NCBI GenBank assembly: GCA_947626175.1
Contig: CANQRE010000002.1
Location: 1 to 38,859, forward strand
Reading direction: 5' to 3'
Source of the DNA: an uncultured Clostridia bacterium
GTDB lineage: Bacteria; Bacillota; Clostridia; Christensenellales; UBA1242
Length of the DNA stretch: 38,859 nucleotides
How positions within the stretch are numbered: the first letter of the stretch is position 1; every line of letters begins with the position of its first letter. The position numbers were made by a program, and so were the translations under genes. This document shows positions 1-7,226 of this stretch, one piece after another. A model generated the notes under the pieces. The model saw only the letters and a list, made by a program, of their open reading frames with translations. It did not search any database and was not told the origin of the DNA.

Positions 1-96
1 CTTGCGATGCGACATCGCTTTGTTCACACTTGCAAGCAAGTTCGCCAAGCTTGTCTTAAATCCTGCGCGTCTGCCAATTTCGCTTTCGTCCGGCAT
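1..96 (-). CDS. possible 5' end of an unidentified CDS running off the left edge (MPDESEIGRRAGFKTSLANLLASVNKAMSHRK...)
   Basis: Minus-strand ATG at 96-94 with an in-frame TAA immediately upstream (105-103). The frame is open to position 1. Local GC is visibly higher than the flanks. No convincing SD and no family recognised. Confidence 0.3.
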   Translation of the reverse strand, partial: MPDESEIGRRAGFKTSLANLLASVNKAMSHRK

Positions 97-145
97 GTCA
101 TTTTATCATTGTTTTTGCCCAAAGACCGGCTAGCAAGCATTTATG

Positions 146-173
146 ATTATATCATATTTTGAAAAATTTTCAA
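146..173 (-). promoter_or_regulatory. sigma-A type promoter (TTGAAA - 16 nt - TGaTATAAT) firing leftwards
   Basis: On the minus strand, TTGAAA lies at 173-168 and an extended -10 TGaTATAAT has its hexamer at 151-146. It sits just downstream of the cysS terminator. Confidence 0.5.
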
Positions 174-191
174 TAAATTTTCATGTTTAAA

Positions 192-216
192 CAAAAAAAG
201 GTGCTTTTTGCACCTT
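192..216 (-). terminator. rho-independent terminator of cysS
   Basis: Minus strand reads TAA-GGTGC-AAAAA-GCACC-TTTTTTT. The hairpin starts in the stop codon and is followed by a T-run. Confidence 0.75.
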
Positions 217-1573
217 AATTTTTTATTATTTCATATCCTGAAGGATTATCCTTTATGGAAAAGCCAAGTTCAGTGATTTTTCCTCGAAGTTCATCGGCTT
301 TTGCATAATTTTTTTGCTGTTTTGCTTCCCATCGATCTTTTGCAAGTTGTTGAACTTCAGTTGGAATTATTTCTCCGTCAAAGTTAAATCCAAAAATTGA
401 ATTAAATTTCATAAGCAAATCATATATTTGCCTGTCTCTTGGCATTCGGAGCATTGTCCAAACAATGCCAAGTGCCTTTGGAAGATTGAGATCGTCATTT
501 ATGGCATCTTCAAAATCTTTTTCAACTTTTTTTATTTTGATTTTTGTTTTTTCATTTGATTCTTTATGCTCTTTTGCAATTGCTTTAAGACTTTTCAAGG
601 CATTTTTTGCGCTTTCCATGCCTTCCCAAGTGAAATTTTGTTGCTTTGCATAATGTGTTGTGAAAAAGAAATAACGATAGTCTTCTGGCGAATATCCACG
701 TTTTGCAAGGTCATCCAAAGTGTAAACATTACCCAAGCTTTTGCCCATTTTTCCGCCATCAACCAAAAGGTGTTCAAAGTGAACCCAGTTTTTCACAACT
801 TGATGGCCAGCGTAGCCTTCATCTTGTGCAATTTCATTTTCATGATGGATGGTTTTGTGTTCAATTCCGCCGGTGTGAATGTCAATATGATCTCCAAGAT
901 ATTTCATTCCAATTGTTGAGCATTCAATGTGCCATCCAGGATATCCTTTTCCCCAAGGGCTATCCCATTGCATGATATGCTCTTTTGGCGCTTTTATCCA
1001 AAGAGCAAAATCGGCAGGGTGGCGTTTTTCATCATCAATGTCAATTCTTGCTCCAGCCAATTTGTCGGCAATATTCATTCCGCCAAGTTTGCCATAGGCT
1101 GGAAAAGTTGCAATGTCATAATAAATTCCTTTGCTTGTTTCATAAGCATGACCATTTTCAAGCAATGTTTTGACAAAAACAATAATTTCTGGAATCACAT
1201 CGGTTGCCTTGCAAATATGTTCGGGCATGTCAATTCCAAGTTTTTTTGTTTCGGCCATAAAAATATTTGTGTAATATTCGGCAATTTCCCAAGGCGATTT
1301 ATGCTCGCGTTTTGAAGCCACAATCATTTTGTCTTCGCCCTCATCAGCATCACTGACAAGGTGGCCAACATCGGTTAGGTTCATAACGCCTTCAATTTTG
1401 TAGCCGTTATATTTCAAAACTCTGCGAAGCATATCCATAAAAAGATAAGCCCGCATATTTCCAATGTGAGGGTATGAATAAACGGTTGGACCGCAAGAAT
1501 ACATTTTGACAACGCCTTCTTCATAAGGCACGAGTTCTTCTTTTTGCCTTGTTAAAGAATTAAAAAGTTTCAT
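215..1573 (-). CDS. cysS: cysteine--tRNA ligase
   Basis: 452 aa. Class I synthetase signatures are present: CGPTVYSYPHIGN (HIGH-type) and KMGKSLGN (KMSKS-type). Full-length CysS-like layout. Confidence 0.95.
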   Translation of the reverse strand: MKLFNSLTRQKEELVPYEEGVVKMYSCGPTVYSYPHIGNMRAYLFMDMLRRVLKYNGYKIEGVMNLTDVGHLVSDADEGEDKMIVASKREHKSPWEIAEYYTNIFMAETKKLGIDMPEHICKATDVIPEIIVFVKTLLENGHAYETSKGIYYDIATFPAYGKLGGMNIADKLAGARIDIDDEKRHPADFALWIKAPKEHIMQWDSPWGKGYPGWHIECSTIGMKYLGDHIDIHTGGIEHKTIHHENEIAQDEGYAGHQVVKNWVHFEHLLVDGGKMGKSLGNVYTLDDLAKRGYSPEDYRYFFFTTHYAKQQNFTWEGMESAKNALKSLKAIAKEHKESNEKTKIKIKKVEKDFEDAINDDLNLPKALGIVWTMLRMPRDRQIYDLLMKFNSIFGFNFDGEIIPTEVQQLAKDRWEAKQQKNYAKADELRGKITELGFSIKDNPSGYEIIKN

Positions 1574-1574
1574 A

Positions 1575-1958
1575 TCAAATCCTTTTATTTAGGTAAGTGC
1601 AAATTTTGTCAGCAGCGTCTTCAGTTTCAATGTCTATTTGTGAAAAACTTTCTTCAAGTGAATCAAAAAAGTTTTCCAAACATTGTTTTCCCTTTTCTGT
1701 TAAAAACAACGACCGACATCGCCTGTCAACGCTTGCTTGTTTTATTTCAAGCAAACCTTCTTTTTCAAGTTGAGCAGCAAGAAGGGCAAAGTTTGATTTT
1801 TTTATTCCAAGTTTTTCAATAATCATGCTCACCGACAAATTTTCGTAAACTGAAGCATAAGAAAGCACCTTGTATTTCAAAAGTCCGCCTTCAGCGTGCT
1901 TTTTCAGCAAGTTTTCAATCAAAGTTTCAATTTCCAAAAATTTTTGTGCTATTTTCAT
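1575..1958 (-). CDS. MarR-family winged-helix transcriptional regulator
   Basis: 127 aa with a MarR-like core (SVSMIIEKLGIKKSNFALLAAQLEKEGLLEIKQASVDRRCRSLFLTEKG). The stop lies 1 nt from the cysS start. Confidence 0.75.
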   Translation of the reverse strand: MKIAQKFLEIETLIENLLKKHAEGGLLKYKVLSYASVYENLSVSMIIEKLGIKKSNFALLAAQLEKEGLLEIKQASVDRRCRSLFLTEKGKQCLENFFDSLEESFSQIDIETEDAADKICTYLNKRI

Positions 1959-2007
1959 AACTAATATATATTATATACATTTTTTTTGTTCGTTGCAACT
2001 GTTTCGC

Positions 2008-2036
2008 TTGTTTTTATTTTTTTGGAATGATAAAAT
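2008..2036 (+). promoter_or_regulatory. candidate promoter of recD2 (TTGTTT - 17 - TGaTAAAAT), -10 ends 6 nt before the ATG
   Basis: TG at 2028-2029, TAAAAT at 2031-2036, ATG at 2043. There is no SD in between. Confidence 0.4.
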
Positions 2037-2042
2037 TATTAT

Positions 2043-4277
2043 ATGCAAATCGAAGGCAGTTTGGAAGAGATTATTTTTCGCAATGACGACAATGGTTACA
2101 CCGTTGCCGTGCTTTCATACAATGGCACTCCAGTAACAGTGGTGGGCAAGCTTGTTGCCGCAAATGTGGGTGAAAACTTGTCGTTGGAAGGCGAGTTTGT
2201 TCAAAACAAAAAGTTTGGATATCAGTTTGCTTTTTCAAATTATGAAATCATTCTTCCAAAAACGCTTGTTGGCATTGAAAAGTTTCTTTCTTCAGGGCTT
2301 ATCAAAGGCGTTGGAAAAGTGACAGCCAAAAACATTGTTGAAAAATTTAAAGAAGACACCTTCACAGTGATTGAAATGGCACGCGAAAGGCTTTGTGAAG
2401 TGAAAGGGGTCAGCGCAAAAAAAGCACTTGAAATCTCCGCCAAGTTCACAGAGCTGAAAAGCATTCAAAACTCGGTTATGTTTTTGCAAAATTACAACAT
2501 TTCAGTGAATATGGCGATGAAGATTTTTGAAATATATGGGGCAAAAACAGTTGAAATTGTCAAACGCAATCCTTACAAGCTTGTGGAAGATGTTGAAGGG
2601 ATTGGCTTTGCAACTGCTGACAAAATCGCTCAAAATTTGGGCATATCTTCAAGCCGTGAATTTAGGATTCGAGCAGGAATTGTTCACACCCTTCAAACAT
2701 CAACAGAAAAAAATGGCAACACTTTTCTTCCAAAAGGGATGTTGATTTCATCATCGGCAGAACTTTTGGAGCTGGACGAGCAAAATTGTGAAGACAAATT
2801 TTTGCAGGCGCTGGATGAACTTGTTGCTGACAAAAGCATTATGGATTTTTGGCATGGAAAAACTGAAGTTATCATGCTGACGAAATATTATCGATATGAA
2901 TATTCGATCGCTCAAAAATTATGCTTGCTTTGCAATGGTGTTGAGGACAAAAAACTTGATGTAAGCCGCGAAATTGCAAACTTTGAAATGCGCAACAAAA
3001 TCATTTTTCATGAAGAACAAAAAAAGGCTATTGAGCAAGCGGTGAACAGCGGCGTTTCAATCATAACTGGCGGCCCAGGAACAGGAAAAACAACAATTGT
3101 TAAATGTATTATCGAAATTTTGGGGCAAAACAAGGAAGAAGTGTTGCTTTTGGCTCCAACTGGAAGGGCAGCAAAGCGACTTTCTGACAGCACCGGGGCG
3201 GAGGCAAAAACAATTCACAGGGCTCTTGAAGTTACGGGAGATAATCCAAATGGCGGAAGGTTTTTGCACAATGAAAACAACACACTCAAAGTCAACGCTG
3301 TGATTGTTGATGAAGTCAGCATGGTGGATGTCATGCTTTTGTCAAGCCTTTTGAAAGCTCTTCCACGTGACGCAAGACTTGTGCTTGTTGGCGACAAGGA
3401 TCAACTTCCAAGTGTTGGGGCTGGAAATGTGCTTGGGGATTTGCTTAAAAGTCAAGTTTTCCCTGTGACAATGCTAACAAAAATATATCGTCAAAGTGAT
3501 GAAAGCCTGATCATTTCCAATGCGCACATGATAAACAGCGGCGTTATGCCAATCATTGACAACAAATCAAAGGATTTCTTTTTTGAGCAAAAATCGGATT
3601 TAAATGAAATCCATCAAACAATAATAAACATGGTCACAACCAGAATTCCAAGCTTTTTAAACATTTCTTCGCAGCAAATTCAAGTGCTTGCTCCGCTTAA
3701 GGCAGGGGTGTGTGGAATAGACAATCTAAATCGCACCCTTCAGCAAATATTAAATCCACCTTCACAGCGAAAGGCTGAAATTGTTGTTGGGTCAACAATA
3801 TTCCGTGAAGGCGACAAAGTTATGCAAACATCAAATGATTATGACCTTGTTTGGGAGCGCAAAACAAAATTCACGGTTGAGCAGGGCGAAGGCGTTTTTA
3901 ATGGGGACATTGGCAAAATTGAAATGATAGATTTTCAAACTGGCGAAACTGTTGTTATGTTTGAAGACGGAAGAAGATGTGTTTATGCTCGAACTGATGT
4001 TGGCGAACTTTCGCTTGCCTATGCAATCACAATTCACAAAAGTCAAGGCTCTGAATTTGATGTGGTTGTGATTCCAATAATTGCTGGAACAAGTTTGATT
4101 TTGACAAGAAATTTGATTTACACAGCAGTGACACGTGCAAAAAAGATGGTGGTGCTTGTTGGTGAAAAGAAAAATCTTAGGCGCATGGTTTCAAACAGTT
4201 ACACCGTCAAACGTTTCACACTTTTGGCGGACCTTGTCAAAGAGCAGCAAAAATCGATAAGTGAGTTGTTTAAATAA
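2043..4277 (+). CDS. recD2: RecD2-type SF1 ATP-dependent DNA helicase (RecD/TraA family)
   Basis: 744 aa. It has Walker A GGPGTGKTT, Walker B IVDEVSMVD, LVGDKDQLPSVGAG, the C-terminal YAITIHKSQGSEF motif, and the RecD2-type N-terminal domain (IIFRNDDNGYTV). Confidence 0.9.
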   Translation: MQIEGSLEEIIFRNDDNGYTVAVLSYNGTPVTVVGKLVAANVGENLSLEGEFVQNKKFGYQFAFSNYEIILPKTLVGIEKFLSSGLIKGVGKVTAKNIVEKFKEDTFTVIEMARERLCEVKGVSAKKALEISAKFTELKSIQNSVMFLQNYNISVNMAMKIFEIYGAKTVEIVKRNPYKLVEDVEGIGFATADKIAQNLGISSSREFRIRAGIVHTLQTSTEKNGNTFLPKGMLISSSAELLELDEQNCEDKFLQALDELVADKSIMDFWHGKTEVIMLTKYYRYEYSIAQKLCLLCNGVEDKKLDVSREIANFEMRNKIIFHEEQKKAIEQAVNSGVSIITGGPGTGKTTIVKCIIEILGQNKEEVLLLAPTGRAAKRLSDSTGAEAKTIHRALEVTGDNPNGGRFLHNENNTLKVNAVIVDEVSMVDVMLLSSLLKALPRDARLVLVGDKDQLPSVGAGNVLGDLLKSQVFPVTMLTKIYRQSDESLIISNAHMINSGVMPIIDNKSKDFFFEQKSDLNEIHQTIINMVTTRIPSFLNISSQQIQVLAPLKAGVCGIDNLNRTLQQILNPPSQRKAEIVVGSTIFREGDKVMQTSNDYDLVWERKTKFTVEQGEGVFNGDIGKIEMIDFQTGETVVMFEDGRRCVYARTDVGELSLAYAITIHKSQGSEFDVVVIPIIAGTSLILTRNLIYTAVTRAKKMVVLVGEKKNLRRMVSNSYTVKRFTLLADLVKEQQKSISELFK

Positions 4278-4330
4278 ATTTGGCGCATTGTTTTGTGCCA
4301 AATTTTTTGTGAAGAACGTTTTTTGAATTT

Positions 4331-4807
4331 TTGGAATATAAAATTTTTGTGATATATGACAGAAGCAAAGCATCTTTATATGCCCAAAAATTTGCTCTTT
4401 CTCCAAATCCAAATTATTATTTTTTTGGCGAAATAGGTGGTGACTGCACAAATTTTGTAAGCCAATGCTTGCATGCTGGCGGATTTAAGATGATATATGG
4501 CAATTTTGATGGATGGTTTTATGTAAGTCCTGATTTTCGCTCGGCAAGTTGGAGTGGGGTCAGCTTTTTTCGCAAATTTTTGCTGGACGATGTCAATTTT
4601 CCAAAAGGTGAAATCGTTGATGAAAAGGACATTGAAGTGGGGGATGTTGTGTTTTTGTTTGATGGCGAAAAATATTATCACACATTGATTGTTTCGCAAA
4701 TTCAAAATGGCGAAATCTTTGTTTGCGCGCATTCATCCGCGGCTTTAAATCGCCCCCTTAAATCCTATTTCCCAGTCAAATTTGAATTTGTTCACATTTA
4801 TTCTTAA
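4331..4807 (+). CDS. putative amidase-domain protein (Amidase_6-like, cell-wall/NlpC-like fold)
   Basis: 158 aa with a YDRSKA..YAQKFA..NPNYYFF..GGDCTNFVSQCLHAGG..SASWSGV motif pattern typical of the 'putative amidase domain' family. The start is TTG at 4331 (GTG at 4349 is possible). Confidence 0.65.
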   Translation: MEYKIFVIYDRSKASLYAQKFALSPNPNYYFFGEIGGDCTNFVSQCLHAGGFKMIYGNFDGWFYVSPDFRSASWSGVSFFRKFLLDDVNFPKGEIVDEKDIEVGDVVFLFDGEKYYHTLIVSQIQNGEIFVCAHSSAALNRPLKSYFPVKFEFVHIYS

Positions 4808-4814
4808 TCATACA

Positions 4815-4838
4815 GACGATAACCAATTGGTTGTCGTC
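4815..4838. promoter_or_regulatory. inverted repeat with perfect 12-bp palindromic core AACCAATTGGTT; candidate operator or weak terminator
   Basis: The sequence GACGATAACCAATTGGTTGTCGTC lies 54 nt upstream of the XRE-regulator start. Confidence 0.3.
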
Positions 4839-4891
4839 AATCGTTTTAATGCGTATTGGTATATATTTTTGTTATCAGTTGGAGAAAAGAG

Positions 4892-5101
4892 ATGTTCCAA
4901 AGCAAATTTCCAGAAAGGTTAAAGGAATTAAGACAGGAAAGCGGCCTAACGCTTAAAGAACTTGCAAAACATTTGCAAGTGAGTGATATTGCAATTTCAA
5001 GATGGGAAAATGGATTAAGAATCCCAAATATTGAAAATTTGGCAAACATTGCAATATTTTTTAAAGTTTCAACTGATTATTTGATTGGACTTGAAGATTA
5101 A
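4892..5101 (+). CDS. XRE-family helix-turn-helix transcriptional regulator
   Basis: 69 aa from the ATG at 4892, behind GGAG at 4881-4884. It has a Cro/C1-type HTH (LKELRQESGLTLKELAKHLQVSDIAISRWENGLRIPNIENLANIA). I rejected the upstream extension to 4856. Confidence 0.85.
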   Translation: MFQSKFPERLKELRQESGLTLKELAKHLQVSDIAISRWENGLRIPNIENLANIAIFFKVSTDYLIGLED

Positions 5102-5127
5102 ATCTCGCCTTAAAGCGAGATTTTTTA
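5102..5127 (+). terminator. rho-independent terminator
   Basis: The hairpin ATCTCGC-CTTAAA-GCGAGAT is followed by TTTTTT. Confidence 0.7.
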
Positions 5128-5613
5128 TTCGGCCATAAACTTAACTTTGTCAGCAATTTTAATTATGTAGTTTTGCTCGTTTGATTCAGGTGTCCATTTC
5201 ACAACAACGGTGAATTTTTTTGTTTGCTCGCTTACAAGCGGAGTGAGAACAAAATAATTCATTTGTTGATCATAAACTGTTTCCATAAAACTTCCGTTTG
5301 TGTATTGAGTGCCTTGAAAATCCAATTTGGATTTTGAAAAATCATTTATTGAGCATGGCGCAAAAATTTTAAAGCCAATTCGATTGCCTTTTTCTCTTCC
5401 CGCCGCTTCATCTTTTGGATAAAACGCAATTGTTTCGCCCTCTTTTCCAAAAGTTGCAGTGTGCGTGTTTTCGTCCCACACAAAGCTCAAGTTTCCGCCA
5501 GTGAGCGCGCTGTCACGCTCAACTTTGCCATATGGCTCATCCTTTCCACAACCAGCCACGGGAAGCATGACGGCAAACAAAAAAGCCAAAACACAAACAA
5601 GTCCTTTTTTCAT
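5125..5613 (-). CDS. lipoprotein of unknown function
   Basis: Start at ATG 5613 behind GGAGGA. The signal peptide MKKGLVCVLAFLFAVMLPVAGC carries a lipobox. I recognise no family for the mature part. Confidence 0.75.
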   Translation of the reverse strand: MKKGLVCVLAFLFAVMLPVAGCGKDEPYGKVERDSALTGGNLSFVWDENTHTATFGKEGETIAFYPKDEAAGREKGNRIGFKIFAPCSINDFSKSKLDFQGTQYTNGSFMETVYDQQMNYFVLTPLVSEQTKKFTVVVKWTPESNEQNYIIKIADKVKFMAE

Positions 5614-5643
5614 AAATCCTCCAAACTTAGTTTGTGTTTTTTT

Positions 5644-5686
5644 AAAAAAATTATCGAAAAAACCAAAAAAATTATCGAAAAAAACC
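5644..5686. repeat. tandem 21/22-bp direct repeat (AAAAAAATTATCGAAAAAA(A)CC x2)
   Basis: Two adjacent copies differ by a single A. They lie between the lipoprotein start (5613) and the MFS stop (5696). Confidence 0.8.
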
Positions 5687-5695
5687 AAAAAGATT

Positions 5696-7147
5696 TCAAT
5701 ATTTTTGCATATTTTGCGAATTTTCCTTCAAATCTTCTGAAATTTTCATTTGCGCCTTCAAAACATCTGCCCGCTTGATTTTGTATTGTGAAAAAATCAA
5801 AATTGCGCTTGCAAGAGCAATTCCACATCCGCAAAAAACAATAATTCCAAGGCCGTTTTGCACACTTAGTGCTTGAATTGGCTGCGAGGAGTCAAATTTT
5901 ATTAGGTCAAGCAAAATTCCAATAAAGAGCATTGAAACTGAATTTGAAAGGTTGTAAGTGAAGGAATAATATCCCAAAAACGCCCCAGCCTTGCTTTCCT
6001 TTGTTCGATATTGTTCAAGGGTGACAACGTCGGCATACATGGAAATTGGCAGTGATTGCATCGCCCCCAGCCCAAGTCCGCAAACAAAAATGCAAAACAG
6101 GGCAAAGATATATATGCTTTCAAGCGGAACATATTGCCTAAACAAAAATGAAACAAGTGTCAGTCCAATTCCAAGCAGCAAAAGCGAAAGGGCGGAAATG
6201 AGCGCGCCTTTTTTGTCAATTCGCTTTGAAAGAGCCACCCAAAATGGCTGCGAAACAATTGCCCCAACAAAAAGCAAGACCAAAAGGATTGAAATTTGCG
6301 CAGTTGAAAAATGATAGCAATATGTGAACAGGTGCATTCCAACTCCTGTCAAAAAGGACGAAGCAATTTGTGCGGTGGAATAACCTGCAATGATTGCTGC
6401 AAAACCGGGATGTTTGAAAACTTCAAAGTAGCCAAGTAAAAGTTTTTTTAGCGAGTGTTTTTCTTTGGGCGGAGGCGGAGCGTAAGAAACAAATTTTCTA
6501 ACTCTGTGCAAGTTGCCAAAAATGGTTATCATTCCAAACAAAATCATGAGCAGAGAGTTTATGATTGCAAGCGTGACAAATCCACCTTGATTTGCCGAAG
6601 AAGCATTTTCGCCAAGAGCAAGTGAAGGCATGATGAAAAACATCAAAACGCTTGGCAAAATCATTCCGAAAATGTTGAAAGTTGTTTTGAATGATTGAAC
6701 TTTGGACTGTTCGTTGTAGTCAGGGGCAATGTCAATTGCAAGAGCAGAAAAAGGGGTTGCCCAAAATGTGTTTGCAGTTTCAAGCAGCAGCAAAAACACG
6801 AGCAGCCACAAAAACATTGAAAATTGATTGCCTTTTGGCATGCTCCACAGCAAAATATTGCACGCCGCAATAAAAAAGATTGCAAAAATCATAAATTTCA
6901 ATCTTTTGCCCCAAGGTCCGTTTTTTGATCGGTCGGAAATTTGCCCCACAAGCGGATCGCTTATGCCATCCCAAAGCGAAGCAACTCCAATTGCAATTCC
7001 AACCAAAAAGCCTTTCAGTCCCATGATTGACGTGCAAAAAAACATAAGGAAGGAGCCAATTGTTTGTCCAATACTGTTGTAGCCAAGGCCGCCCATTCCG
7101 TATGTGAGCTTGTTGAAAAATGGAAGATTTGTTCGCGATTTTTTCAC
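5696..7147 (-). CDS. MFS transporter of the glycoside-pentoside-hexuronide (GPH) cation symporter type
   Basis: 483 aa and about 12 TM segments. The N-terminal motif GQISDRSKNGPWGKRLKF matches the GPH/MelB-like signature loop. The start is GTG. Confidence 0.8.
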   Translation of the reverse strand: MKKSRTNLPFFNKLTYGMGGLGYNSIGQTIGSFLMFFCTSIMGLKGFLVGIAIGVASLWDGISDPLVGQISDRSKNGPWGKRLKFMIFAIFFIAACNILLWSMPKGNQFSMFLWLLVFLLLLETANTFWATPFSALAIDIAPDYNEQSKVQSFKTTFNIFGMILPSVLMFFIMPSLALGENASSANQGGFVTLAIINSLLMILFGMITIFGNLHRVRKFVSYAPPPPKEKHSLKKLLLGYFEVFKHPGFAAIIAGYSTAQIASSFLTGVGMHLFTYCYHFSTAQISILLVLLFVGAIVSQPFWVALSKRIDKKGALISALSLLLLGIGLTLVSFLFRQYVPLESIYIFALFCIFVCGLGLGAMQSLPISMYADVVTLEQYRTKESKAGAFLGYYSFTYNLSNSVSMLFIGILLDLIKFDSSQPIQALSVQNGLGIIVFCGCGIALASAILIFSQYKIKRADVLKAQMKISEDLKENSQNMQKY

Positions 7148-7226
7148 AAAATAACTTATGCTTGAACTGCAAAAAAAAGGACGAAGGCGTTTAAATTGTT
7201 TTTAAAATGATTTTATATATGATATA

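Noticed and set aside
1-153. Plus-strand frame-1 open frame entering from the left edge (LAMRHRFVHTCKQVRQACLKSCASANF...)
   Set aside because: The composition is Cys- and Arg-rich and looks random. It runs into a minus-strand promoter and is more likely the antisense shadow of the minus-strand reading.
1574-2042. T-box leader for cysS
   Set aside because: cysS starts 1 nt after the marR stop. There is no leader space and no T-box sequence (AATTAGGGTGGTACCGCG-like) anywhere nearby.
4331-5101. Amidase-domain protein plus XRE regulator as a toxin-antitoxin or prophage remnant
   Set aside because: There are no integrase, repeat or phage structural genes, and no toxin-like partner. Adjacency alone is insufficient.
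5614-5688. N-terminal extensions offered by the ORF track (5614-5688, 12542-12592, 12810-12848, 16665-16697, 26181-26240, 27624-27668, 4856-4891)
   Set aside because: In each case an internal ATG directly behind a GGAGG-type SD yields a proper signal peptide or family-typical N-terminus. The extensions cross repeats or promoter-like DNA.
5696-7172. Alternative overlapping ORFs within the MFS gene (e.g. 6780-7172 minus, 5991-6314 plus)
   Set aside because: They overlap the 483-aa multi-TM GPH-type frame and lack membrane-protein or any other coherent features.
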